This document shows, piece by piece, positions 1-11,130 of a DNA stretch of 64,000 nucleotides; position 1 is the first letter of the stretch; the number at the start of each line of letters is the position of its first letter. Below the pieces are notes generated by a model that had not been told where the DNA came from, did not search any database, and worked only from the letters and a program-made list of their open reading frames with translations. Source of the DNA: Eledone cirrhosa (lineage: Eukaryota); NCBI GenBank assembly GCA_964016885.1, contig OZ024740.1:48112001-48176000 (forward strand). Direction: 5' to 3'. Position numbers and translations under genes: made by a program.

Positions 1-617
1 TTCGCATTTTTTTTTTCTCTTTTAGAAATTAGCAAGTTTTTCTGAAAAAAAAGATTACTACAGAAATAGATTTTACCCGAGCTTTATTCTTTCCACCTAC
101 ATTCTGCAGAAATATTTCAAACAAAAGAGATTATATTTCGTTTCACAATTTCTAATACTAAGTTGAATCAAGTAGACAATTTTGGTAATTCTATTGATGT
201 CAGAATCAGTTGACTATTTTATTTGTTTATTTATTTATTATTATTATTTTGTGCATTTACACTCTCACACCCAAGTATTGTTTTACCTATTACCGTCAAG
301 TTGTTTTACTGTCTCGGGAAATCTTATAGTATGATTTTCACGTTTATGCACTAAGTACTATCACATATAATTATTAAACTTGTGAGCTACATGGGCTCGT
401 AAAGCGAAGGCTTAATTTTGAATTCAGTTGTATTAAGCAGATGGGACATAAATCTCCACCTCGATATGATGTCAATTGTGAACAAACTGAACGACAATAA
501 ATTAAACATCTTGTGTGAGTAGTGCCTCCAGGACATATGTAATAATAATCAATATTTTCATTAGTTAATAAAGATATATAGGTCTTTTACTGAGACTGGA
601 TTCAGTAATATTAAATA

Positions 618-1054
618 CTAGCCGAATTACCCGCGCCTTGTTGCGCATATTTTTTGTAAGAAAATGATGATTGATTTTAAATCAGTGATATAATTTATGG
701 AGGAAAAACTCTGCATTTCAATATTACTCAATGTAAAATGTAATGCATGAAAAATTGGAAAACATTATTAAATCTTATTCTTATTTTGTTTCTTGTAAAT
801 AATTTTTTTCAAAATATAAATTCAAAACTTTTGTGAAGAGGCATCATATCTTGTAATTTGCCTATGGTTTAAATTTCATATAAATCGGGGGTTTTGTGTC
901 CCCGGGGAACCCTTTGATTAAAATGAAATATACTTATCCAAGTACCCTGGGCAATGTAGTTTCAGAATATATATGGTTATGGGGGATCTATCTCCAAAAC
1001 CATAGGAGTTCGTGAACAAACAAACAGACAGGAATACAACTTTATATATAGAGA
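618..1054 (-). mobile_element. Non-autonomous Helitron-like element
   Basis: On the minus strand it starts A|TCTCTATATATAAA, has a CTGT/TTGT microsatellite near the 5' end, and ends with hairpin GCGC-AACAAG-GCGC then ...CGGCTAG|T. This fits 5'-TC, 3'-CTAG, insertion between A and T, and no TSD. Confidence 0.6.
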
Positions 1055-1419
1055 TACTAGTGGAGTAGTGCCGTCAATAATGACAGTAGGGACATTGATG
1101 TATTTTTATGTTTGGAATCTAGGACTGGGTGTACTATATATACCAGGATTATTGGATATATGAACAATCATAGAAACTGAGAAATTTGCGGTTTGTTAAA
1201 TTAATGGTTTGCATAAAAAGAACTCCCATAGCTTGTGTTGATTACTGACATCTAGAAGTGATTAAAGATAATACTTTTTTTCAATGTTTAATATTAGAAA
1301 ATTTACAACTGTTTATTGTTCAATAGATTTACATCAGCTCTAGTGTTCAATAAAGTCATTAAAATATATTCTGTATAATACTCAAATATATTTCTAGGAT
1401 AAAATTACATAGAAATAAT

Positions 1420-1492
1420 TGTTTCTACTTTTGGCACAAGGCCAGCAATTCACCAGTGCATTACTGGTACTTTATTTTATCGACCCCGTAAA
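1420..1492 (-). mobile_element. 5'-truncated copy of tRNA-derived SINE family M
   Basis: 3' end of the family sequence seen at 1601-1783; 14-bp TSD tacatagaaataat at 1406-1419 and 1493-1506. Confidence 0.85.
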
Positions 1493-1600
1493 TACATAGA
1501 AATAATGAATTTAATACTTAGTCAAACATAGAAAAATAGTGTAGCATTGGAAAGAGCTATAGAGAAGAAATGAGGAAAAGAGCAGGGATTACTAGATAAT

Positions 1601-1783
1601 TGTTTATACGTTTGGCACAAGGCCAGCAATTAACCAGTACATTACTGGTACTTTATTTTATCGACTCCGTAAGGATGAAAGGCAAAGTTGACCTCGGCGG
1701 GATTTGAACTCAGAATGGAAAGGGCCATAACTCTATGCGTCAAAGCATGACGTCCGACCCTCTACCGATACTGCCAATCCACC
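1601..1783 (-). mobile_element. Near full-length tRNA-derived SINE, family M (central domain resembles MetaSINE/MESC)
   Basis: Box A TGGCAGTATCGG, box B GAGTTCAAATCC, central GCCTTTCATCCTTACGG.GTCGATAAAATAAAGTACCAG; 19-bp TSD gcagggattactagataat at 1582-1600 and 1784-1802. The Meta-domain assignment is from memory of the consensus. Confidence 0.88.
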
Positions 1784-1793
1784 GCAGGGATTA

Positions 1794-2018
1794 CTAGATA
1801 ATGAAAGAAAAGGGGAGGGAAGAAGTGGCACTGTTTCGTCTGTGCCCCGCAAACACAATGGCAAAGGCATTTCCGCGGACAATGGCCAGCGACACCTGCC
1901 GCAACAGCCACCCCACCTCGTGGGACTCCTTCCTCAGATAGGCTGCTGTCATTCTAATTTTACGGAGGAGGTCAGCTGTACGGAGTCCGATGATGCCTGA
2001 GGTCTCGACGACGGCCGG
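1794..2018 (-). mobile_element. C-terminal relic of a CRE-like (restriction-like endonuclease) non-LTR retrotransposon ORF
   Basis: GC-rich island whose minus strand reads PAVVETSGIIGLRTADLLRKIRMTAAYLRKESHEVGWLLRQVSLAIVRGNAFAIVFAG, matching the recalled P.(A/V)VET.G..G and L.Q..S.AI.RGNA end of CRE-type ORFs. Confidence 0.65.
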
Positions 2019-2463
2019 ACAAGCCCCGGTATGAGCTTGTCTTCCTGCCTCTACACTGCACTGAGATAAGAAATGCTTTGTGTGTGTAAATTTTAAAGTG
2101 TATTATACGCGTATTGTATTATTGTGGTTGATGATTTTACGTCATGTAGAATGTCACTCAGTTTAAAATGTGAGCAGCAAACTCTCGTTAACATTTGCAA
2201 TATGCTCACTCTCGCACGCGCGTATGATCAGATATAAACTTAACTGTTTACTGTTAGGTTATAACGATTTCTCCTATGCACATGCGTGCCATTTTATTTT
2301 TTCTTATGACTTTTTCCATTATTAAACTACTGAATATATAAGATTATGCATTTTTTTAACTATTAATCTCATCAGAGATGGAAACATTTTCAATATTTGC
2401 ATGTTTCGATCGGCTTGATCAGAGATTGTCAAGCGGTCATATTACTAGGAGTGGAGTGTACGT

Positions 2464-2545
2464 AGTCCTTTTATGGATTCGAACTTGGAATTTTAATTTC
2501 TAGATTAAGGATAATAACGTAATTTATCCATTAGGCCACTGAGAC
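2464..2545 (-). pseudogene. Degenerate tRNA-Arg-like sequence (tRNA pseudogene or isolated SINE head)
   Basis: Minus strand GTCTCAGTGGCCTAATGGATAA...CAAGTTCGAATCC...GGACT. The D-arm resembles eukaryotic tRNA-Arg and box B is present, but the acceptor and anticodon stems are broken. Confidence 0.5.
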
Positions 2546-2675
2546 ATGTATTTATTGTTGTGTATTATAACATTAATCCTATTGACTGTCTATTCATCCA
2601 GAAATATCACACTGACAACGGGAGATCAAAGCGATGGAGATGTTGTGTAGATATTAAATGTTCATTTTTAATAAT

Positions 2676-2849
2676 TGTTTCTACTTTTGGCACAAGGCCA
2701 GCAATTATCCCAGTGTATCATTGCTGCTTTATTTTATCGACCCCGTAAGGATGAAAGGCAAAGTTAACTTCGGCGGGATTTGAACTCAGAATAGCAAGGG
2801 CCGTAACTCTATGCGTCCGACCCTCTACCGATACTGCCAATCCACCGCC
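2676..2849 (-). mobile_element. SINE family M copy
   Basis: Closely similar to 1601-1783 with a short internal deletion; 13-bp TSD catttttaataat at 2663-2675 and 2850-2862. Confidence 0.88.
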
Positions 2850-3075
2850 CATTTTTAATAATGAGGCTAATCATCTAAAAAATTATAATCTTAACAACTC
2901 ATACTGAAACATCACCCTTTCCGTATTTTCCTTGGTTGTAAGGGGCACACAGATGTTTTATAGGCAGAAACTGTCACTATTCTCGGGTCATCATGCGATT
3001 GCCTCTCTCGTTAAAGTACCGCGTAGTTGAATTCATTGTTTTCATCGATTGACGAACGCAATTGTTTTCATCGAA

Positions 3076-3275
3076 CACACACGCACACACACATACGTAC
3101 ACACACATACGTACACACACATACGTACACACACATACGTACACACACATACGCACACACACATACGCACACACACATACGCACACACACATACGCACAC
3201 ACATACGCACACACACATACGCACACACACATACGCACACACACATACATACACATACACATACATATATATATA
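3076..3275. repeat. CA-derived ~14-bp minisatellite (ACACACACATACG[T/C])
   Basis: Direct tandem units; explains the HT- and CV-rich ORFs at 2977-3319. Confidence 0.95.
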
Positions 3276-3744
3276 AATTTGTGTGTGACGCATCATCAAA
3301 TCTGAGTGAGAATGTGTAGGATATTTATATATATATCCTACACATATATTATTTCATGGTCGGGATATTGAGAAAGAATTAACATTGGCAGGGTTTGGTA
3401 CTTCACTTGTCTGGCTTGAAAGTAGATAGATAAAACGTTTCGCCCACTACTTTACAAACTGAGCCAAGATTGATGATGAGTGTATCCAAAAGAGCTTGAA
3501 TCTTATTTCGTTCTATCAGTCTGATGTGTCAGTTTAAACTCGCCTTTTATCAGTTTAAAATTATATTTAGAAGTTTGAAAAATTACGGTGGGAAAATATA
3601 GTTTGATGTATATGACTTTTCTCACACGGGTATAATGTTATAGAAATGGCTTTTAGGAACCAGAAGTACGCTAAGGTCCGTGACTTAGGTAATAAAGGTA
3701 TTCAATATATTGGTAGAGTATAGGCATCTTTATTATTTATAGAA

Positions 3745-3846
3745 ATGACTTCTACAGAACTAGAACTGTTTCATTCGTATGAAATCACCAGGAATGTTCC
3801 TGATGATTCCATACGAATGAAACTGTTCTAGTCCTGCAGAAGTCAT
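3745..3846. mobile_element. Foldback palindrome, probable Penelope-like terminal remnant with minimal hammerhead motifs
   Basis: Two 50-bp arms with 5 mismatches; CTGATGA...GAAAC on the plus arm and CTGGTGA...GAAACAG...CTGTA on the minus arm; abuts a TA run; partial direct repeat of the arm end near 3639-3665. Confidence 0.55.
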
Positions 3847-3862
3847 ATATATGTATATATAT

Positions 3863-3985
3863 AGGCTTGCAATTGAAAGGATGTGAGTTCGATTCTCAGA
3901 CCGGGTGATGCGATGTGTCCTTGAGTAAGACACTCCAATTCATTCAACTGTGGAAATGAGTTGCGATGTCACGGGTGCCAAGCGT
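3863..3985 (+). mobile_element. Partial CORE-like tRNA-SINE (family C)
   Basis: Box B GAGTTCGATTCTC followed by GTGTCCTTGAGTAAGACACT...CTGTGGAAATGAG, as in copies at 43378 and 51858. Confidence 0.75.
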
Positions 3986-3991
3986 AAAAAT

Positions 3992-4027
<36 letters not shown>

Positions 4028-4029
<2 letters not shown>

Positions 4030-5200
4030 CATCATCATTTTTATATCTGTTTTTCGACGCTTGAATGGGTCGGACGGGTCCTTTTCAGCACACCATCTCT
4101 CCACTTGCTGCGTTCTACAGTATTTCCTCTGTAAGTTTTAGTGATTTAGCTTTCACCACCTCTGCCCAGGTCTTTCTTGGTCAACCTTTACTGCGGCTTC
4201 CATCCGCTGAGATATCTTGCCACCCAGCGATCATCACCCATGCACATCACATGTCCGTACCTACGCAGTCTTCTCTCTTACACACCACTTTGGATTCCTC
4301 TTAAGCCCAATTACTCCCTCGGGTCATCCAAGCTCTACCTTTCTCTTAAATTGTACATCCAATGAAGCATGGTTGCTTCAATTTCTCCTGTCTACGCATG
4401 TCCTCTGCAGTCACTACCCATGTTTCACTAACATGCAGCATCACACTTTGCATACAATCGTCATTGTGTACGTAGGTATCATACAATAGTCTTTTTGAAC
4501 ATAGGGGCAAACCTTTTGTTGTCAACTGTAGAAGTAGCTTTCTAAACATTTTCTATCCTATCCTTAATCTAGCTATTATGCTCTCAAAACATCCTTCTCT
4601 GCAGCTCATTAAGTCACATAGACAGCAGAGGCTACCAACCACATCTGTGGACCCTTCCTGTGACTGGAAAAGTTTTATATGACTGATACTCTGCCCGTCG
4701 ACAACCTCAGTGCATCTACATACAAAGTCTTTCCCTTCCTGTTACATTGTGATCATCTTATAAAGCAAGGCCCCATCTTCTTTCCTATTCACTAACACTT
4801 TAGTTTTGGCTCAGTTTACTTTGATTCCAAATTTTGTTTCCATCGTTGGAACTTATTCTCTAGTTCTTTTATGAATTCAGCTATAAGGACCAGGTCATCC
4901 GCATAAAGAAGTAACTCAGACAGCCAGTCTTAAACTCCTCAGTTATGGCTTAGAGAACTATGATGACTAGCTGTGGGCTAAGAACCGAACCCTGATGAAC
5001 TCCTGCCTGTACTTTGAATTCCTCTCTAAACTTACTTCCTTCTCCCACTTTACTGACAGCTCTTCTGTACATGGTTTGCACTGCTCTCAAAAGCCATTCT
5101 TCTACACTTAATTTCCTTAAGGACCACCAGATAATCGATCGAGGTACTCTGCTAAAAGCATTTTCTAGACTGACGCACTGCCTTGCAGTGCGGAACATTT
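4028..5200 (-). mobile_element. Degenerate 5'-truncated RTE-clade LINE (RT domain to 3' end)
   Basis: Minus-strand motifs LENAFSRVPR..IWWSLRKL, GVHQGSVLSP, LLYADDL (near 4891-4911) and MLHVSETW; frameshifted; ends in a (GAT)n tail at 4028. Confidence 0.9.
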
Positions 5201-5723
5201 CGCGTTACAAGACATTGGCGAACTTTCTTTTTCAGCCTCTCTCCGAGCTGTGTATACCTGTTGCTTAGCTTCTCTCTTAGCTACCGGCTACCAATCTCTC
5301 CTACCCCTATTTTTCCAGTTTTCTCACGCCCGTCTCTTGGCTTTAATGGTTCTATCCGTTGTACTGATCCACCACCAGGTCATTCTCTGCCTGGCTGGCA
5401 CTTTACTCCAGCTACAAATTTCATTAGAGAGAGAGAGTGTGTGTGTGTCCACATCTGCCCAAAGTAGATCATCACTGGTCAACAATGAATGCCTTTACGG
5501 AATTTTAGAGATCCAATATGTCGTGCACAGCGAGCGATTCTATTGCCATCAACTAGAAAGAAACCGGTGCAAGGTATGTCCTGTCTATAAAGGTCACAAG
5601 GTCGACAATAGTCGAACTGAAAATCCCCCAAAATAGTGATGACCATTCTCTGCTCAACGAGTGTTTTATATATTAGAACAACCTTTTCCTAGAGGCATGC
5701 TTTAACGAAAAGCTAAAAGGAAC

Positions 5724-5770
<47 letters not shown>

Positions 5771-5778
5771 GCGCGCGC

Positions 5779-5875
5779 GGTGTCCCAAAAAATGTATACA
5801 CACTTCAACAGCATTCTAATAAATATTGCTTGTACAGGTAATCAAAGTGTGAATACATTTTTGCGGGACACCCTG
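5779..5875. mobile_element. Tc1/mariner-type MITE, left TIR damaged
   Basis: Near-identical to 24029-24129; TIR GGTGTCCC..AAAATGTAT.CACACTT; lies in a TA run. Confidence 0.75.
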
Positions 5876-6789
5876 TATATATAGTACCATGGTACTTAAA
5901 GCATTCAGACATTAACTGAATGTGCATTCAATACTTATGAGAAGAGTGTCAATTTTATTTTCTATTTTCTAAGTAAAAAAGTGGCAGTGACTCGAAGTTT
6001 CAGCTTAATAGCCTCACCTATGTGTGTGTGTGTACACACACACACTCACACATAGTGTGTATGTGCATATAGTACCGATGGATATTCTGAACCGAAAAAG
6101 TAACAAAAGAAGAAAAAACTAAGCTACGCAGACATCGAGTCACGACGTTGGCTGGCTTATAAATATGAAAACGAAATTGAATTAAAAATGCAGATAATTT
6201 TGAAGAAGCATTTGAAGTATTCAATTATTTTTGTTATCACTTTATCTTATTTTCATTTCTTTATTTACATTGAAAACTATTTATAAGCTGCAGTTAGGGA
6301 AATAATCATCAGTACGTCTGATAAGATGTCATCACTGTTACAACATTGACGTAAGACTGAATCACATTGTGACGCTCTCACACACTCACTCACTCTCTCG
6401 TGTACGTGTGTGTGTGTGGGTGTAAAACACTTGTTGACAGTTAAAGACAATGGTTTATATTTTGTTTACTAGGAACTTAATCCCTTCTGTTGTAAGTCGC
6501 TCAATGCCAAGTTTAGAGAAAAAATTGTTCCGGGAGTGACAATGTTGAACTAAATGCATTGTAGTGCCGTGTATTATTCTTTCGTGTATAATGCACACTC
6601 CTTTTTTACCAGAAAAATATATGTAAAAGCTTAAACAAAGGCTGGATACATTTGTTATGGTGTATACCACGCACCCCCAAAACAAACAAGAAAAAAAATG
6701 AAAAAGATCTGCGTGGTATACACGGAAGAATACGGTATTTAGTTCAGTTTTTTTACGTTCAGAGTTCAAATACTAAAGAGGTTACTTTG

Positions 6790-7020
6790 CTTTTCGTTTC
6801 CCAAATCAAGGAAAGAAGCACTAAACACATGCTGGAGTCATTCTTTCCTAAGAGATCCAGGAGGTAGACCCCGAGCAAGAGGGTTGAATAACATCCATGA
6901 GCTTACGCTTGGGGATCCAGCAGAATCAGTTGGAAACGGTTACTTCTGACAGGATCCACTGGAAGGAGTGTTTGAGGGCTCTGCCCGCAGGATCCTCTCA
7001 GGAATAAGTGGGCGAAGAAT
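6790..7020 (+). mobile_element. 3' end of a second RTE-like LINE family
   Basis: Frameshifted reading KRSRR*/RP.ARGLNNI...LGIQQNQLETVTSDRIHWKECLRALP resembles the R..GRP..RW and DR..W RTE C-terminus; ends in GAAGAA. Confidence 0.55.
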
Positions 7021-7467
7021 TTTGCCATTAAAGCCGATCGAGTATAAAGCAATATAAGAATCAGTGGAATATCTGACTCTCACCGAGACAGACTTTGCTC
7101 TTTCAATCTACTTAAGTCGATCAATAACGTAGTGTAGAAGTGGCGGGAGGTGGTCCGTCTCGGCTGACGTTTTCATGGGCGTGTAAATATAAGAGGGGGG
7201 GGGGGGGCACTGTACAATATGTATTTTATGTGAGGGCCAGGGGGGGAAATGGACGGAAAACTCAAGGGCTGCCCGGGTGGCACACAATTTAGCTACGCTC
7301 CTGGGGTCGATATAATCTCTTCACAAAATCTCTGTTTTTGTGCCAGTGTTAGAAATTATTGCTACTAAAACAAAATGCTTTTGACATAGATACAAAATCT
7401 CGAATATTGTTAGAGATGGGTGTGAGGCTGGGGCGTAAGATGGAAAGAACAGGCAAAAAAAAAAAAA

Positions 7468-7498
<31 letters not shown>

Positions 7499-7953
7499 TG
7501 CATACTGAGAGAGAGAGAGAGAGAATTAAATACCATTAGTAGGTCAACAAGTACTGTCTGTTGTATTAAGATATTTTTGACATGAAACGTTTGTTAAACA
7601 ATATAACATCAACAGCATCTTACTCTATCCAGTTTTAAATGTACCACAAGGTGATTATTAAATCCCTGAGTCAGCCATCAAATATTTTGAATTATTATTC
7701 AAGAGAAAAAGCATAGTTTAAAAAAAGAAGTTATATCATATTTACTATTAAAATACACCAGGATTTAAAGTGTCTCGCCGCGTTCATTTCAACATTTACT
7801 TATAACAATATAAACAGTATCCTACAGAAGTCTTTTTTGTCTTTTAACATTGAAGTGCATAAAATGTCTGATAGATCCTTCAATGTTGAAGAACAAATCT
7901 CCCCATCTTTTGATTATATACGTGTGTGTGTGTGTGTTGTTATAGAATATAAT

Positions 7954-8134
7954 TGTTTCTACTTTAGGCACAAGGCCAGCAAATACGCAGTTCATTACTG
8001 GTACTTTATTTTATCGACCCCGTAAGGATGAAAAGCAAAGTCAACCTCGGCGGGATTTGAACTCAGATCGTAAAGGGACGTAACTATGCTGGAAAGCATG
8101 GCGTCCGACCCTCTACCGATACTGCCAATCCACC
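7954..8134 (-). mobile_element. SINE family M copy (same subfamily as 21833-22018)
   Basis: Shares the diagnostic GATCGTAAAGGGACGTAACTATGCTGGAAAGCATGGCGTCC with the 21833 copy; imperfect TSD ttgttata..aat. Confidence 0.88.
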
Positions 8135-8608
8135 TTGTTATAATGCCTGACGTTCAAGTTTAAACCGGTGAAACTGTTGTTTTTTAATCAATCAAAACAT
8201 ATTTCTATATTTGATTTAAGTAGATTTGAATATTAAATATTCTTTTACAGGTTTCAGCTGTTGTTAAAACAATCTTTTCAAAAAAAATAATAGTTTTAAG
8301 TTCAGTTTTTATATTGAGTCTTTTCAAAATATGTGTTTAATGATGGAAAACTCGTCGTTGGAACAGACAGATGACCAACGTACGTACATTTACAAAAGGA
8401 CGAGATGATCATAGTTGAAATGTCTTTGATCATAGCTCTGCTCACCAGTGCTATAAAGTAGTAGTAATAGTTTTTTGTTATAAATTGTTCTTAGTTGAGC
8501 TACTCTATTCTCTTGTTTACTCTATTGTACCTACGATTATTAAATGTAAACAATATCCTACTGAAGTTAGTCTTAGTTTGATGACTCAATAGGAGTTATG
8601 GGGCATTG

Positions 8609-8631
8609 TTCTCTCTTTCTGTCTCTCTCTT

Positions 8632-8662
<31 letters not shown>

Positions 8663-8783
8663 TTCTTTCTCTCTCTTTCTTTCTCTCTCTTTCTTTCTTT
8701 CTCTCTCTCTTTCTTTCTCTCTCTTTCTCTCTCTCTCTCTCTCTTTCTTTCTCTCTCTTTTCTCTCTTTCATTCTCTCTCTTT

Positions 8784-8821
<38 letters not shown>
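8609..8821. repeat. (CT)n/(CTTT)n polypyrimidine microsatellite
   Basis: Direct reading; similar tracts at 26891-27026, 41110-41260 and 42642-42816. Confidence 0.95.
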
Positions 8822-10409
8822 ATGAAAGGTGCAATACACTTAGTTGGCTATTTTATTTCTAATTTATGCAGTATTAAAAATTATAAAGTATGTGACCCAC
8901 AATTGTATTGGAGGTATGAGTGCACACGCCACCACTCAGTAATTTATTTCTTATACAGGTGGGCAAGATGATATGAATAAGTTTCATTTCTTTCTTGAGG
9001 ATATTAAATGCAATAAATGGTCATATCAAAAAAGGTGTCAAAGATTTGCCTTACAAATAGATATCTTTATACATCCCTTTCCACCCCAACAATGAGGATG
9101 ATTTCATACATTGGCACAAGTCCACAAATTTTGGTGGGAGAGCAGTCTGTTAAATCGATTGCACCACCCCAACAAATAATGTATCGATGGTACCGTCTGG
9201 CCTTTCTGTAGACATGTTGTATATTTATAGACACGTTGTTGAATACATCTTTGTTACTTGATGTTGAGTATAAAGAAGAGGATTTTTTTAATGTAGAGCT
9301 GTTTTTCTATGTATAGATCAAGATCATCCTATTACCAGTAAAATCTTCTCTTATGTATAACAAACTACATAAGATATAATAAATGATTAACTTCTACCGT
9401 AGTAGTTATATGCCCTTTCCTCAGAATAATGTAATATTTAAAAGGCGATATTTCAATTGCTGATTTCATGGATTACTTAACAAGTCCCCAAGCCCCTTTA
9501 ATTACACAGCCATGTTCTGTGCACATAGCAATGTCAATTTAAATATGTTTTATATCAACTTCAACTCCGTCTTCGCCCGTTTATTCCTGAGTGTGTGGTG
9601 TAGGCAAGGTCTTCAAACATTCTAACCATATAGTTATTCCTCCTATAAAAAAAAATGTGCAGCCAGATTTTAATTTATCCTCAGTGCATTATGTATTTTC
9701 ACAATAACATTATCCCCATTTCTAAGCTTCAGTTTCCCCATTATACTTGTTATGCAAGTATGAGACAAGTCTCTACATGCGACAGCTGCTACCACTTCCA
9801 TCATCACCGCCACAACCACCAGATAAGCTGTTAAGAAATTAATATCACTACATTCTTTTCTCTGTCGTTAATGTCTTTTTTTCTTTGGTTCATAGATAAG
9901 CCAAGATTAATCTTTTCGCATGATATTGCTCCATACTATTGTCCGTTTCTTTTTTCTTCCTTTTTTTTTTTGTCTTTCTCTGTTGTTTATGCCTAGTGTT
10001 TAGTCAGTCAATTTTTCTCAATCATCATTTTATATCTGGTTAAGATACTAATCTACCTACCACAGGCTAACTTCTTTAGCTTGGTAAACTACAACAAAGA
10101 GAATTAATTACTTTGCCTTAGAAAGGTAGTTCATTCCCAATATCTACATTTATATTTCAATTCATATGCCAAGCGATAAAAACACAATCGCCAACTCTGA
10201 TTTCACTCAACCACATTGTATGACCAAACAACAATGTAAGGTGTATCTATCTGCTAATATAACTTGGTATTATCTAGGATATTCAGTGTAAACCACTCTA
10301 CTCAAGTGTATACATATTTGACTTGTTTATACAATGGGATAGGTGTGTTATTTCTCTTTAGAAATTGTCTCTCGCTACTAAGTTTTCTAATTATCATTTA
10401 TTACTGTAA

Positions 10410-11130
10410 GGGCAGTAGGTAACCGTGAGAGCATCAGAAAAAATGCTTTATAGTATTTGTTCCTGCTCTTCACATTCTGAGTTCAAGTCCCGCCAAGTTC
10501 ACCTTTGCCATTCATCCTTCTGGGATCGAAAGAATAAAGGACCAGTCTAGTACTGTTGTCGACTTAATTGACCTTCTTCCTCTCCCTATCTCCAACTAAA
10601 TTGCCGACCTTGTGCTTCATTAAACACTATTCTTACTATAATTTATAGGGTGATGGATTGGCAGTATCGCGGTAGAGCCTCGGACAGCATGCTTTGAGGT
10701 TTATAGTTACGACCCTTTACGTTCCGAGTTTAAATCCCGCCGAGGTTACCTTACGTGGTCGATAAAATAAAGTACCAGTAACGCACTGGGGTCGTTTTAA
10801 TCGACTTTCTCTTCCCCCAAATCAGAAACTTTGCCTTTCATCCTTACGGGGTCGATAAAATAAAGTACCAGTAATACACTGGGATAATTGCTGGCCTTGT
10901 ACCAAAAGTAGAAACAATTATTACTCTGTGTTTAAACATTTTACATGCATTATGATGGATTGGCAGTATCGGTAGAACGTCAGACGCCATGCTTTGCAGC
11001 ATAGTTATGGCCCTTTACGTCCTGAGTTCAAATGCCCCCGAGGTTAACTTTGCCTTTCATCCTTACGAGGTAGATAAAATAAAGCAGGGGTAATTGCTGG
11101 CCTTGTGCCAAAAAGTAAAAGCATTTATTA
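10410..11130 (+). mobile_element. Cluster of four same-orientation SINE family M copies or fragments
   Basis: Older copy ~10410-10620, younger copies ~10648-10820, 10827-10922 (3' half) and ~10953-11130, each with the GCCTTTCATCCTT or GTCGATAAAATAAAG motif. Confidence 0.8.

Noticed and set aside
2977-3319. Six overlapping HT- or CV-rich ORFs
   Set aside because: Products of the CA-based minisatellite.
3434-3503. Possible degenerate hammerhead (TTGATGA...CAAAAG) and ACGTTTCG motif
   Set aside because: Needs two core substitutions and has no convincing helix III.
6325-6375. Cluster of CRE/ATF-like sites (TTGACGTAA, GTGACGC) as a promoter
   Set aside because: Short motifs with no TSS evidence, about 24 kb from the first supported exon.
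7138-7303. G-rich segment ending GCTACGCTCCTG as a hAT-like MITE
   Set aside because: Only the right TIR is recognisable and I found no TSD, so it is too weak to list.
8596-8971. ER-rich and SL/F-rich ORFs (also 26897, 34444, 40893, 42614)
   Set aside because: Translations of (CT)n/(GA)n tracts.
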